NCBI GenBank assembly: GCA_049521655.1
Contig: JBEKOO010000002.1
Location: forward strand, 84,502-148,501
Reading direction: 5' to 3'
Origin: Candidatus Korobacteraceae bacterium
GTDB lineage: Bacteria > Acidobacteriota > Terriglobia > Terriglobales > Acidobacteriaceae
Length of the DNA: 64,000 nt
Below are positions 38,259 through 48,442 of the stretch, in pieces. Every line of letters starts with the position of its first letter. Position 1 is the stretch's first letter. The translations under genes and the position numbers were made by a program. Below the pieces are notes generated by a model. It was given only the letters and a program-made list of their open reading frames with translations, was not told where the DNA came from and did not search any database.

Positions 38259-40715
38259 ATGAGTGATCCCGCCAAGCATATCGAGCGAGCCGAGAAGTTC
38301 CTGGAAAAGGGCAAACCGGAACTTGCTCTGGAGGAGCTCCGTTCAGCGGTTGAGTTGCAGCCGCGCAACGAACGGCTCCTTCAGAAAATCGCCGACCTGA
38401 GTCTGTCGATTGGCCAGCTTGGGTTGGCGACGGATATGCTGCGCCGCCTCTTTGCCATTTTTATTGAGAGCAAGCAGATCAGCAATGCTGGTGTGGTCTT
38501 CCGCAAACTGCAGCGGATCAAAGCTCTGGATCCGGAGATGGTGAGCCACTACGCCGAACTTTGCGTAAGCACCAACCGAAAGGACGCTGCCGAGGCCTAT
38601 CGAATCGCCTTCCAGGATTTTCAACGCCTCGGCGACCCGCTCCGAGCCCTGCAATGCATCACAGCGGCGCTTGAGCTTGACCCACGAATCGAGGATTTCC
38701 GCGAGCAGGCCCGCATCGCGGAAGCTCTGCACCAGCCGTCGCTAGCCGCCGTCGCGCTGGTGAATCTCGGCGTTATTCTGGAGCGGATTGGCCAGGATGC
38801 CTCCGAGGAATATGCGCGCGCTCATGCCAACGATCCTTCCAACATGGCGGCTCGTCTTGGGCATGGCCGTGCGCTGATCGCGAAAGGCCATCCGGCCGAG
38901 GCCATTGAATTATTGCAACCGCTCGCCACTTATCCCTCCAGTCCGGAAGAGGCGCGCGAACCTTATGCGCTGGCCCTGATGGCCGTGGGGCGCGTCGAAG
39001 AGGCGGAGCCCTTCGCGTGGGGGCTGTTCGAGCGCAACCCCGCGGGAAATCTCGCAACCCTTCACTCTGTAATTAGCGGTTTGATGGACCGGGACCGTCC
39101 TGACCGTGCGCTGGGGCTGGCACGCCGTCTCGAGGAGTTCTATCGCAAGGCCGGACGCCGCAATGAATTCATGCAAAACATGGCCCAGCTTGCCGAGAAG
39201 AGCAAGCCGAGCATCGCGTTCTTCGAGTATCTCGCGGAACTTTACAACAGCGCCAACCGCGAGTCCGAATATGCGCAGCAGCTCTCCCGCCTCTTCCAAC
39301 TGTATTTTGCGGCAGGCAACTTCCCCAAGGCGCTCGATGCGCTGGACCGCGCCGTCGATATCGACCCTTACGAGGCCGAGCACAAGGAGCGAATGCAGCA
39401 GCTTGTGGGCCATGCTCCAGAAGACCGATTGCAGGCTTTGGCCAGGCGCCTTGGAATTGATACCCCAGTACCCGCTGCGGATACGCCTAGGGAAGTGGGA
39501 GCGCCGGAGACAGTCGAACCAAGCCTCTTCGAAGATCTAATTCTTCAGGCTGAAATATTTCTGCAGTATGGAATGCGGGAAAAATCGCTGGAGAAGATCG
39601 ATCAGCTCAAACAATCCTTCGCCGCTGATCTTGAAGACAATCCGCGGATGCGGCAGCTATTCATTAATGCCGGGCTGCCAATTCCAGCTGCGCAGGAAGA
39701 GCCCGTCCTTCAAAAGCGCGCCTCTGACGGAGTGGAGCGTGCCGCCGAAGTCAGCCGACTCATCGCGCGCCAGGGAGACATTCGCTCGGTGCTGGTGACG
39801 GCGGTCAACCAGATTGGCACGCGCTGGCATTACAGCCGCTGCATCGCCGCGCTGGCCACGCCCGGTAAGCCGCCTTCGATGGTGGTCGAGTACTGCTCGA
39901 AAGAGGTGCCCAAGTCAGAGCGCGTTGCCATGGTGCGTCTGCTCGCACTCAGCCAGCGCCTTACATCCACAGAGCCCGTTTTTCACGCCCCTGACGTGCA
40001 ACTCTCCGAAGCGCTTTCGCCGATTCGCCACGAGCTTGCCAGCCTCAACGTACACTCGCTGGCCATCCTCGCTCTGGTCAGTCAGGATCAGCCCATCGGA
40101 TTGTTCATCGTGCAGCAGTGCGGAGTGCGCCGCCGTTGGTCCTCCGACGACATTGCTCTGTTGCGCTCGTTGGCGGACCAGGTTGCGCTGGCCGTTCACG
40201 GAGCGCGCTTGCGGTCATTGGTTTCAACCCTCGGTGTGGCCGAAGAGAATACAGGTCTTTTGAAGCGCTCATCTTACATCGATGCAGTGCTGGCCGAACT
40301 CAACCGCCATCGCGCAGGAGCAGAGTTCCACAGCACACTGGCCCTGCTCCAGGTTACCTCGCTCACCTCGGAGTTGCAGACTGAGTTCGCGGTTGCCGAA
40401 CTGGTGCGCACTCTGCGCCCTATGGCCCAGGATCAGGCAATGTGCTTCCGCTATGATCGCGACACGATCGGGCTGTTGTTTCCACAGCTGGGGGACGCCG
40501 AGACCGAGGCTCTGGTGGATAAGTTGCGCGAAGCCCTTGAGCCTGTTGCCCTCACCATCACCGCCGGAATCGCTCAGGCTGGCCACATTGACGGCTTTGA
40601 AGCTGAAGACGCTGCCACCGAATGGATCAACCGCGTGGCACGCGCCCTCATTGTGGCCGGAACCCTTCCCGATCGCCTCTGCATTTTGCCACCGGCTTCT
40701 GCGTCCATCTCATAG
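38259..40715 (+). CDS. TPR-repeat protein with a GAF-like domain and a degenerate GGDEF-like C-terminal domain
   Basis: 818 aa. The N-terminal ~450 aa are TPR-like helical repeats. The C-terminus aligns by eye to GGDEF (…TGLLKRSSY…LALLQV…RYDRDTIGLLFP…ITAGIAQA…), but RYDRDT replaces RxGGDEF. Confidence 0.6.
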   Translation: MSDPAKHIERAEKFLEKGKPELALEELRSAVELQPRNERLLQKIADLSLSIGQLGLATDMLRRLFAIFIESKQISNAGVVFRKLQRIKALDPEMVSHYAELCVSTNRKDAAEAYRIAFQDFQRLGDPLRALQCITAALELDPRIEDFREQARIAEALHQPSLAAVALVNLGVILERIGQDASEEYARAHANDPSNMAARLGHGRALIAKGHPAEAIELLQPLATYPSSPEEAREPYALALMAVGRVEEAEPFAWGLFERNPAGNLATLHSVISGLMDRDRPDRALGLARRLEEFYRKAGRRNEFMQNMAQLAEKSKPSIAFFEYLAELYNSANRESEYAQQLSRLFQLYFAAGNFPKALDALDRAVDIDPYEAEHKERMQQLVGHAPEDRLQALARRLGIDTPVPAADTPREVGAPETVEPSLFEDLILQAEIFLQYGMREKSLEKIDQLKQSFAADLEDNPRMRQLFINAGLPIPAAQEEPVLQKRASDGVERAAEVSRLIARQGDIRSVLVTAVNQIGTRWHYSRCIAALATPGKPPSMVVEYCSKEVPKSERVAMVRLLALSQRLTSTEPVFHAPDVQLSEALSPIRHELASLNVHSLAILALVSQDQPIGLFIVQQCGVRRRWSSDDIALLRSLADQVALAVHGARLRSLVSTLGVAEENTGLLKRSSYIDAVLAELNRHRAGAEFHSTLALLQVTSLTSELQTEFAVAELVRTLRPMAQDQAMCFRYDRDTIGLLFPQLGDAETEALVDKLREALEPVALTITAGIAQAGHIDGFEAEDAATEWINRVARALIVAGTLPDRLCILPPASASIS

Positions 40716-40787
40716 TGCGGCCCCTGTCTGCGTGCTAAACTTACTCGGCATCGATTCACCAATCTATGAGCATAATGAGTATACGGA

Positions 40788-42242
40788 ATGCAGACTAGCG
40801 CCATCCTCCAGCGCTTCCAGGTCGCCGTCAGCCGCTATCCGGATCGTCCGGCGATTATCGGCACGGACTATTCAATTTCCTATTCCGAGTTGGAACGGCG
40901 TGCCGCCAGCGTCGCCCACCGCATTGCAGAGCGCGTGCCGGGACCAACCGTCGCCTTGCTCTATTCGAACACACCGGAGTTTGCTCCGCTCTTCCTTGGG
41001 GCTATGTGGGCGGGCAAGACGGTTGCCGTGCTGCCCACTCTGGCACCGCCGCCGCTGCTCAAGCTCATGGCGATGGAAACCGGAGTTGAACTGGTCATCA
41101 CCAGCGAGGAGTTTGCGCCCTCCCTGCTGAGTGTAGGAATGAAATGCTGGATTGGCGACGCCTCCGCTGAATTTGAGCCTGGCGAGATTCCCCAGCAGCC
41201 GAATCAATCTGGCGTTGCGGCCCTGCTCTATACCTCAGGCACCACGGGACGCCCCAAGGCCGTCGCGCTCAGCGAGGCGAATATCATCGCCAATATCGAC
41301 GGACTCAAGCAGGCTACTGGTTACGACCAGTCCCAAGTCATGATCGCCGCGTTGCCGCTCTTCCACGCCTATGGGCTCACCGTGACCACCCTGCTTCCAG
41401 TCACAACGGGAGCCCAGGTGGTTGTGCCCGACCGCTTCGTTCCGCGCCAGATCCTGCAACTCATCGAAAAGCATCGCGTCACCTGTCTGATTGCCGTGCC
41501 GGGCCAGTACCGCGTTCTGACCAAGGACAGCACCGTGATTGACGCCACTTCGCTATGGCTGTGTATCGCAGGAGCCGAGCGTCTGCCCGAGCACATAGCC
41601 CAGCAATTCCAGCAGCGCTTCGGACACCCCCTGCTCCAGGGTTATGGCACCACCGAGCTTTCGCCGGTGGTCGCCTTCAGCCCACCGGAGGACTATTGTC
41701 CCGGTTCGGTCGGCAGACCGCTGCCGAATATCCAGCTCACGATTCTTGGCGAAGACGGCCAGATCCTTCCAGTGGGAGAGATCGGCGAGGTCTGCGTCTC
41801 CGGTCCCACGGTCATGCTCGGCTATGTGAACGATCCCCAGGGCACCGCGCAAAAGATTCGCAACGGCGTTCTCCACACCAGCGATAAAGGTTATCTCAAC
41901 GCAGACGGCTTTCTCTTTCTGCTTGGCCGCGCCGATGATCTGGTGAAGGTCTCCGGAGAACGGGTTTATCCCTCTGAAGTCGAAAACGCTCTGGAGACCA
42001 TTGACGGCGTCGAAGAATGCGCCGTGATTGCCATTCCGGACGAGAAGCACGGGGTGCGCCTCCATGCCTTCGTCCAGCTTCGCCCCGGCGTCGAACTCAC
42101 GGATGTTGCTCTGCGTACCCTTTGCCGGGATATGCTGGAGCACTACAAAATTCCGCGTACGATTTCGTTTGTCCCGCAGATGCCGCGCACCCTCTCCGGC
42201 AAGACCGATAAACGGGCGCTGGCCACCGCAGCAGCGGGGTAG
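40788..42242 (+). CDS. AMP-dependent acyl-CoA synthetase/ligase
   Basis: 484 aa. LLYTSGTTGRPKAV, GYGTTE, …SGKTDKRAL. Confidence 0.8.
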   Translation: MQTSAILQRFQVAVSRYPDRPAIIGTDYSISYSELERRAASVAHRIAERVPGPTVALLYSNTPEFAPLFLGAMWAGKTVAVLPTLAPPPLLKLMAMETGVELVITSEEFAPSLLSVGMKCWIGDASAEFEPGEIPQQPNQSGVAALLYTSGTTGRPKAVALSEANIIANIDGLKQATGYDQSQVMIAALPLFHAYGLTVTTLLPVTTGAQVVVPDRFVPRQILQLIEKHRVTCLIAVPGQYRVLTKDSTVIDATSLWLCIAGAERLPEHIAQQFQQRFGHPLLQGYGTTELSPVVAFSPPEDYCPGSVGRPLPNIQLTILGEDGQILPVGEIGEVCVSGPTVMLGYVNDPQGTAQKIRNGVLHTSDKGYLNADGFLFLLGRADDLVKVSGERVYPSEVENALETIDGVEECAVIAIPDEKHGVRLHAFVQLRPGVELTDVALRTLCRDMLEHYKIPRTISFVPQMPRTLSGKTDKRALATAAAG

Positions 42243-42260
42243 CGCGTTCATTCCTATCGC

Positions 42261-42289
42261 AAGGGCGCGGAGATCTGCTCCGCGCCCTT
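42261..42289 (+). terminator. Hairpin / terminator candidate after the acyl-CoA ligase gene
   Basis: AAGGGCGCGGAG-ATCTG-CTCCGCGCCCTT, a 12-bp perfect stem with a weak T tract. Confidence 0.5.
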
Positions 42290-42379
42290 GTTCGCTCCTG
42301 AGAAGCGCTGAAACCTTGAAACTCGCCTGATGGAACCAACCGCTGCGCCGCTGCGTACCATCCAAAGAGGCGGCTCATA

Positions 42380-42580
42380 ATGACTTTCTTTCTCTGGCTG
42401 ATCGTGTTGTTCTTCTGCTGGCCGCTGGCTCTGGTCGCTATTCTGCTTTATCCCATCGTGTGGCTTCTTCTGCTGCCCTTCCGCATCATCGGAATCGCCG
42501 TCGAGGGTGCGCTCGAACTGGTGCGAGCCGTGATCTTCCTGCCCGCGCGAATGCTCGGCGGCGGACAGAGGCGGTGTTAG
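42380..42580 (+). CDS. Small hydrophobic membrane protein (hypothetical)
   Basis: 66 aa. Two hydrophobic helices (FLWLIVLFFCWPLALVAILLYPIVWLLLLPF). AGAGG lies 9 nt upstream of the ATG. Confidence 0.45.
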   Translation: MTFFLWLIVLFFCWPLALVAILLYPIVWLLLLPFRIIGIAVEGALELVRAVIFLPARMLGGGQRRC

Positions 42581-42617
42581 AGCGTTATCGCGTCATCGGG
42601 AGGCCCGGCGGAGTTGA

Positions 42618-43736
42618 TCAGCCGCCGACGCGTTCAAGGAATCGCTCCCGATGCTCCTTGGACCATCGTCCACAGAAGGCTGGCTTCTGCAACATGACCC
42701 GTTTCTGGCAGATTGCGCAAGTGGGCAAGCACGGATTGATCGGTTCTTTGTTCTCGCCGCGCACTTTCCGCGGCCACAGCGTATCGGCGAAGAGAACCCT
42801 GGCCAGGCCCACGAGGTCGGCCATCCCGTTTTGGAGAATGGTTTCTGCCTTCTCTGTGCTCTGGATACGCCCCGCCGCAATGACGGGAACGTTCGGCACA
42901 GCCTGCTTGATGGCATGGGCAAACGGCGCCATGAACGCTTCCTTCGCGTCATCCTCGATGTAGCGCGGGAGCGGGAAGGCGTCGTAGCAACCCGTCATAA
43001 CCGATAGGTAAGCAACTCCGGCACGGGCGAGTTCCTTGGCGAACGGGACGGTATCATCCAGGGTCAGCCCGCCGGGCACATATTCGTCGGCGATGAAGCG
43101 GTAACCGACCGTGTAATCCTCGCCCACTTCTTTGCGCACCGCGCTTAAGACTTCAAGCGGGAAGCGCATTCGCCGCTGCGCGTCGCCGCCGTAATCGTCA
43201 TCGCGGAGATTCGTGCGCGGCGACAGGAACTGCGAGAGCAGGTAACCGGTACCGCCGTGCAACTCTATTCCGTCGAAGCCAGCCTCGCGTGCGCGTCGAG
43301 CGCCGGCAGCGAAGGCGCTGACGACCCGCTCGATGCAAGCCTGATCCATGGCTTCCGGCCGCACGCCCCAGGTTTCGATCACCGATGGCGCGATCCGATC
43401 GGGGCGCTTCGCGTAGCGTCCTGCGTGGTGGATCTGCACCACGGCGGGTACGCCGTGCTGTTTGATGGCGCTCGCAAGCCGGGAGAGCCCAGCGACGAAG
43501 CGGTCTTCGGAGACCAGCATGGTCCGGGGATTTCCCAGCCCGCACGGCTCGACGGTCACGTTCTCGACCACAACGAGCCCCGCACCCGAGACCGCAATCT
43601 CATTGTAGTAATCGAGCACGAGGTCGTTTACCTCATGGTCCTCGTCGGGATAGGCGAGATACAGCGGAAGACTGACGATCCGGTTTGCAAGCGCAATACT
43701 GCCGATGTGGAACGGAGTGAAAAGCAGTTCATTCAT
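42618..43736 (-). CDS. NADH:flavin oxidoreductase (OYE / 2,4-dienoyl-CoA reductase N-terminal type)
   Basis: 372 aa. …VVQIHHAGRY…, GFDGIELHGGTGYLLSQFLSPRTN, C-terminal CLPTCAICQ. Confidence 0.8.
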   Translation of the reverse strand: MNELLFTPFHIGSIALANRIVSLPLYLAYPDEDHEVNDLVLDYYNEIAVSGAGLVVVENVTVEPCGLGNPRTMLVSEDRFVAGLSRLASAIKQHGVPAVVQIHHAGRYAKRPDRIAPSVIETWGVRPEAMDQACIERVVSAFAAGARRAREAGFDGIELHGGTGYLLSQFLSPRTNLRDDDYGGDAQRRMRFPLEVLSAVRKEVGEDYTVGYRFIADEYVPGGLTLDDTVPFAKELARAGVAYLSVMTGCYDAFPLPRYIEDDAKEAFMAPFAHAIKQAVPNVPVIAAGRIQSTEKAETILQNGMADLVGLARVLFADTLWPRKVRGENKEPINPCLPTCAICQKRVMLQKPAFCGRWSKEHRERFLERVGG

Positions 43737-43917
43737 CTTGTTTGTCCTGGCGAGGCTATGCAGAGATGTTATTCAGCCAATAGGAGAGTGTCAACGAGTT
43801 TGGAAGAGGCGATCGCAAGGAATGGAGCGCATTCAATAGGAAATACGCTTTCTTCCGCACCGTTCAGTGGCTGAACGCCAGCGAATCATCAGAGCGGCAG
43901 CAGGGACTGTTACCGCG

Positions 43918-46725
43918 TCAGTCGGCGGAAGGTAATCGATTGGTGCGGGCGCTCAGCGCCTGTCCGGTGTAGCTCTTCTTCACCTTGGCGATTTGCTCCG
44001 GAGTTCCCTGCGCCACAATTCTTCCCCCCTCTTCTCCGCCCTCGGGACCAAGGTCGATAATCCAATCCGCGTTGCGAATCACGTCGAGGTTGTGCTCGAT
44101 AATGATGACGCTGTTGCCCAGATCGGTGAGCCGGTGCAGTACTTCCAGCAACCGGTTCACGTCTTCAAAGTGCAGGCCCGTGGTCGGCTCATCCAGCAGG
44201 TAGAGGGTGCGTCCGGTCTGCCGTTTACTCAGCTCACGCGCCAACTTGATGCGCTGCGCCTCGCCGCCGCTCAGGGTCACTGAAGATTGACCGAGGTGAA
44301 TATATCCCAGCCCCACGTCCACCAGTGTCTGCAGCTTCTGGCGCGCCTGCGGAAAGTTTTCCAGCACGGCGAGGGCTTCGCTGATGGGCGTATCCAGCAG
44401 ATCTGCGATGGTGTATCCCTTGTAGTGTACGGCCAGCGTTTCGCGATTGTAACGCTTGCCGCCGCAGACCTCGCACAGCACGTATACATCCGGCAGAAAA
44501 TTCATCTCTATGCGCCGCTCGCCCTCGCCCTGGCAGGCTTCGCAGCGCCCGCCGGAGACATTGAAGGAAAAGCGCCCCGCCTTGTAGCCGCGTTCGCGCG
44601 ATTCCGGCAACATGGCGTACAACTCGCGAATCTGGGTAAACACGCCGGTGTAGGTAGCGGGATTCGAACGTGGAGTGCGGCCAATCGGCGACTGGTCAAT
44701 GCGGATCACCTTGTCGATTTCTCCGGCTCCGCTGATCGACCGGTGCGCGCCCGGCTCCTCCCGCGATTTATATATTTTCTGCGCCAGCGCGGCGTACAGA
44801 ATGTCATTCACAAGTGTCGATTTACCCGACCCTGAAACGCCGGTCACCACCGTCATCACCCCCAGCGGAAAGCTCACGTCAAAGTTCTTGAGATTGTTGG
44901 CATGAGCGCCCAGCACAGCGATGGAGTGACCGTTGACCTTACGCCGCTGCTCGCGCACCGGAATCGTTTTGCGTCCGGAGATATACTGCCCGGTCAGCGA
45001 ACCGGCGATCTCCGCGACTTCGGCGGGAGTTCCGGCGCCCACCAACTCTCCGCCCAGTTTGCCCGCGCCCGGTCCCAGGTCGATTACGTAATCGGCGCGG
45101 CGGATCGTCTCTTCGTCGTGCTCCACCACCAGCACGGTGTTGCCCAGATCGCGCAGCGATTCGAGCGACTGCAACAGCTTCTCGTTGTCACGCGCGTGGA
45201 GTCCGATGGAAGGCTCGTCGAGCACGTACAACACGCCGCGCAGCTTGGAGCCAATCTGCGTTGCCAGCCGGATGCGCTGGCCTTCGCCGCCGCTCAAGGT
45301 TGCCGCCGAGCGATCCAGCGACAGGTACCCGAGCCCGACGTGGTTCAAAAAGCCGAGCCGCTCCTGGATTTCGCCCACAACGCGTCCCGCGATTTTTTCG
45401 TCGCGCCCGGTCAACCGGAGCTTCGCCGCCGCTTCCACCGCGCGGGAGATAGCAAGCGAGGTGAACTCCGCGATGCTCATGCCATTGACCTTTACCGCAA
45501 GGCTCTCGGGGCGCAGCCTGCGTCCCTGGCACACCGGGCAGGGAGTGGCCGACATGTACTGCATCAGGTACTCGCGATAACCCTCGGTGGTCACCTCCTC
45601 CAGTGTTTGCTTATGGAAGGCGAGAATGCCTTTGAAGCCAGAGCGCGCGCGCCGCGACGGATCGCCGTTGAGCAAAAATTTCTGCTGCTCATCCGGGAGT
45701 TGCTCGAATGGCGTGGCCAGGCTGATGCCCTTTTCCTCAGCGGCGCGCTTGATCATGGCCTGCAGCGAGGCCGAGCCGGCGCCGGGTCCAAGTCCGCCGT
45801 CCAACAGCGGCTTGGACCAGTCGACGATCACCTTCGCCGGGTCAAAGTCATATTTTGAGCCAAGCCCGTTGCACTCCGGGCAAGCACCGTACATGCTGTT
45901 GAAGCTGAAAGATCGCGGCTCAAGTTGGGCCACGTTGACGCCGCACTCCGGGCAAGCCATGCGTGAGGAGTACATGTGCTCCTCGCCCCCCACAACGCTG
46001 ACAACCAGCAGTCCGGAACCCAGCTTCATCGCAACCTCAATTGAGTTCACCAACCGCTTCTCAATCCCCTCTTTCACAAGCAGGCGATCCACCACAACCT
46101 CAATGGTGTGATTGCGCCGCTTGTCCAGCTTGATCTCCTCGTCGATCGGGCGCAGTTCGCCATCGATCCGCGCCCGGGTAAATCCGTGGCCCGCCAGCTT
46201 CTCCAGTTCCTTGGTGAACTCACCCTTGCGGCCGCGCACGATCGGCGCAAGCAGCATGACACGAGGCTCGGCTCCCGCCTCAGCAGCTCCGGTCAGTTCC
46301 ATCACTCGCGCCGCAATCTGCTCCACCGACTGGCGTGTGATCTCCTTGCCACAGTTTGGGCAGTGGGGAATGCCCACGGAGCTATAGAGCAGACGCAAAT
46401 AGTCGTAAATCTCGGTGATCGTCCCGACTGTGGAGCGAGGGCTGCGCGAGGTAGTCTTTTGCTCGATGGAGATCGCTGGGCTTAGTCCATCGATGGAGTC
46501 CACGTCGGGCCGCTCCATCTGGTCGAGAAACTGCCTGGCGTAAGCCGAGAGCGTCTCGACATAGCGCCGCTGTCCCTCCGCATAGATCGTATCGAAGGCC
46601 AACGACGATTTGCCCGACCCGCTCAACCCGGTAATCACCGTCAGCGTGTTGCGCGGAATTTCAACGTCGATGTTTTTCAGGTTGTGCTGGCGCGCGCCGC
46701 GCACCGTAATGTTGCGGATACCCAT
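43918..46725 (-). CDS. uvrA: Excinuclease ABC subunit A
   Basis: [15 protein letters not shown], two ABC modules ([23 protein letters not shown]) and Zn-finger CxxC pairs. Start moved to the ATG at 46725 ([11 protein letters not shown]…). The ORF track starts at a TTG at 46869. Confidence 0.9.
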   Translation of the reverse strand: MGIRNITVRGARQHNLKNIDVEIPRNTLTVITGLSGSGKSSLAFDTIYAEGQRRYVETLSAYARQFLDQMERPDVDSIDGLSPAISIEQKTTSRSPRSTVGTITEIYDYLRLLYSSVGIPHCPNCGKEITRQSVEQIAARVMELTGAAEAGAEPRVMLLAPIVRGRKGEFTKELEKLAGHGFTRARIDGELRPIDEEIKLDKRRNHTIEVVVDRLLVKEGIEKRLVNSIEVAMKLGSGLLVVSVVGGEEHMYSSRMACPECGVNVAQLEPRSFSFNSMYGACPECNGLGSKYDFDPAKVIVDWSKPLLDGGLGPGAGSASLQAMIKRAAEEKGISLATPFEQLPDEQQKFLLNGDPSRRARSGFKGILAFHKQTLEEVTTEGYREYLMQYMSATPCPVCQGRRLRPESLAVKVNGMSIAEFTSLAISRAVEAAAKLRLTGRDEKIAGRVVGEIQERLGFLNHVGLGYLSLDRSAATLSGGEGQRIRLATQIGSKLRGVLYVLDEPSIGLHARDNEKLLQSLESLRDLGNTVLVVEHDEETIRRADYVIDLGPGAGKLGGELVGAGTPAEVAEIAGSLTGQYISGRKTIPVREQRRKVNGHSIAVLGAHANNLKNFDVSFPLGVMTVVTGVSGSGKSTLVNDILYAALAQKIYKSREEPGAHRSISGAGEIDKVIRIDQSPIGRTPRSNPATYTGVFTQIRELYAMLPESRERGYKAGRFSFNVSGGRCEACQGEGERRIEMNFLPDVYVLCEVCGGKRYNRETLAVHYKGYTIADLLDTPISEALAVLENFPQARQKLQTLVDVGLGYIHLGQSSVTLSGGEAQRIKLARELSKRQTGRTLYLLDEPTTGLHFEDVNRLLEVLHRLTDLGNSVIIIEHNLDVIRNADWIIDLGPEGGEEGGRIVAQGTPEQIAKVKKSYTGQALSARTNRLPSAD

Positions 46726-47109
46726 GTTGATCGGTTCCAGGTGAACCACGCTACTGCCCGGACCGCCAGCGCCACGTCTGGTGCCTGGCCGCTCGTAATT
46801 TGCTGCAGCGCCCACGGACGGGTTAAGAACGGCAGGAAGATAGTTCGACTCAGGTATCTTATTTGCCAATAGCGGTAGCGGTCAAACCGCATCATATTCG
46901 TTCTGGGCTCGCCAAATGGCATGCCGGAGCGCCTGTGCGGTGAGTTCAGCGCCATGAAGTTCATGAATTTGCGGTATTTCCGTGTGCAGAATCACAACTT
47001 CGCAACTGTTTCCGAGGTACCATAAAGACATTCCCCGGCATGGTTGCCGGCGCAACCTGGGCACTGAGCCCAGTATCAGAGTAGAAGGTATAAAGTGATA
47101 TCGCTTTTC

Positions 47110-47271
47110 ATGATGCTTGCTTTGTTTGCCGTAGTTGCTTTGTCTCTAGCTGCCGGGGTCGGGCTCGGCTATGCCATTATTTTTGGCATTCTCCATGCGT
47201 TTGATCGCAGCCGACAGTCGGTCAAATCCGCTTCTACACGTGCTCTCACCACATCCGCAGGCAACGATTAG
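47110..47271 (+). CDS. Possible small single-pass membrane protein (53 aa, below the ORF-track cut-off)
   Basis: MMLALFAVVALSLAAGVGLGYAIIFGILHAFDRSRQSVKSASTRALTTSAGND, translated by hand. There is no clear SD. The antisense 60-aa ORF (47146-47328) looks less protein-like. Confidence 0.3.
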   Translation: MMLALFAVVALSLAAGVGLGYAIIFGILHAFDRSRQSVKSASTRALTTSAGND

Positions 47272-47318
47272 GCGCGGCACCGGTGGCTGCTCGCCGTGGA
47301 AGGTTCCGTCCCGCAAAC

Positions 47319-47352
47319 TAAAAAGCAAAAGCCCCGCCGTTTCTCCCGGTGG
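47319..47352 (-). terminator. Intrinsic terminator candidate for the 47392-48138 gene
   Basis: Minus strand CCACCGGGAGAAACGGCGGGG followed by CUUUUGCUUUUU. Confidence 0.45.
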
Positions 47353-47391
47353 AGCTTCCCATTTTGAAGTTTCATCCCCCTGCTTCCTGAG

Positions 47392-48138
47392 CTATTTCTG
47401 CTGTTTCTGCTGTTCCAGTTGTTGCAACTCCTTTAAGAGCTGATCTGGAGATTTTGCCGGGCTCTGTTGCGGCTGCGGCGCCGGCTCTGGTTCGCTTTCC
47501 ACGCCCGGTTGCGCCTCCACGTCTTCGGAAGCCGGGTGGTCTGGCGGATTATTCCCCAACTGTCGCGGACGGAATCCCCGCTGCGGGTGGTGTGCGGAGA
47601 CGCCCGATGACTCCTGCGCTGGTTGGCCGTCTCCCGAGGCAGATTGCGTCAGCAGCACACGCGTCACCACATCCTGGCTGCCGAGCGAACCGAGAATTAC
47701 ATAATCATATGGCGTGCCGTGCAGCAAAGCAGCGATCACCTGTTCTGGATCGCCCGGGCCCAGCTTTACCGCGACGCGCTCGGTGGGCGACTCTCCTTCA
47801 ATCGCCGCGCCGGTCGCCTTCTGAACCTCATCCAATACATCGCTCAGCGTGCAGTTCGGCGCATCGATTGTGAGCAGCCCGCTCGCCATCGTCACAGTTG
47901 GCTTTACCGGGTTGCTGTTCATCAGGGTAGCCGGAACTGGCGGCATGGTTTGCGCGGGGAGCCGCATGGCCGGAGCTGCAACCGTAGTCTTCGTTCTTAG
48001 GGACGCTCTTTTCTTTTTCCCAGGCTTCTTTGCCACCGCCGCCTTTTGCTGCGGAGGCGCCTGTGGGCTGGGCTGCTGTGCCCACACACCACTCGTCAGC
48101 ATTGCCAGCACACATATTGTTGTGATCGCTCGTCTCAT
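47392..48138 (-). CDS. Secreted hypothetical protein: signal peptide, P/Q/K-rich linker, STN-like small domain, acidic/Q-rich tail
   Basis: Signal peptide MRRAITTICVLAMLTSGVWAQ. The central LTIDAPNCTLSDVLDEVQKATGAAIEG…AALLHGTPYDYVI resembles secretin/TonB short N-terminal (STN) domains. The C-terminus is …LLKELQQLEQQKQQK. Start moved to 48138. Confidence 0.6.
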   Translation of the reverse strand: MRRAITTICVLAMLTSGVWAQQPSPQAPPQQKAAVAKKPGKKKRASLRTKTTVAAPAMRLPAQTMPPVPATLMNSNPVKPTVTMASGLLTIDAPNCTLSDVLDEVQKATGAAIEGESPTERVAVKLGPGDPEQVIAALLHGTPYDYVILGSLGSQDVVTRVLLTQSASGDGQPAQESSGVSAHHPQRGFRPRQLGNNPPDHPASEDVEAQPGVESEPEPAPQPQQSPAKSPDQLLKELQQLEQQKQQK

Positions 48139-48442
48139 TGCAGGCTCCGCTTTGCAGGCCAACTCATTGCCGATTCTAACGCGTTCCCCCGTCTTGATGC
48201 ATCCTGCGGGCTCTTCCCGCTTGCGGATATACATTTCCGTCTCCGCAATCGGTGGCCATGCTCCTCTGAGAGAGCATCCCAGCCAGCATCATCGCTTGCT
48301 GGCCCAGGATGGCGCATTCCGCCTCGCTCTGTGCACGCATCTGTCCATGCACAACGGACGTCTGTTCTGCATGGGCTTAGTTGCAGCGAGGATGTATTCT
48401 GTTGGCGTAGCCCAGCATTCGATGCTTATCACCGGAGAGACC

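Noticed and set aside
41041-41056. Other TGGCAC-containing strings checked as possible sigma-54 promoters: 41041 TGGCACCGCCGCCGCT, plus 39815, 40636, 25357, 25564 and 2325 (minus strand).
   Set aside because: All but one lie inside coding regions. The exception, 25564, is in the galT-cfa intergenic region. All lack a TTGC-like -12 element in the correct register.
46882-47064. 60-aa minus-strand ORF in the uvrA upstream region (…CEVVILHTEIPQIHELHGAELTAQALRHAIWRAQNEYDAV). I considered it as a small toxin/antitoxin-like gene.
   Set aside because: It has no partner ORF, no SD and no motif I can name, and its N-terminus is Arg-rich. It cannot be supported without a homology search and is left uncalled.
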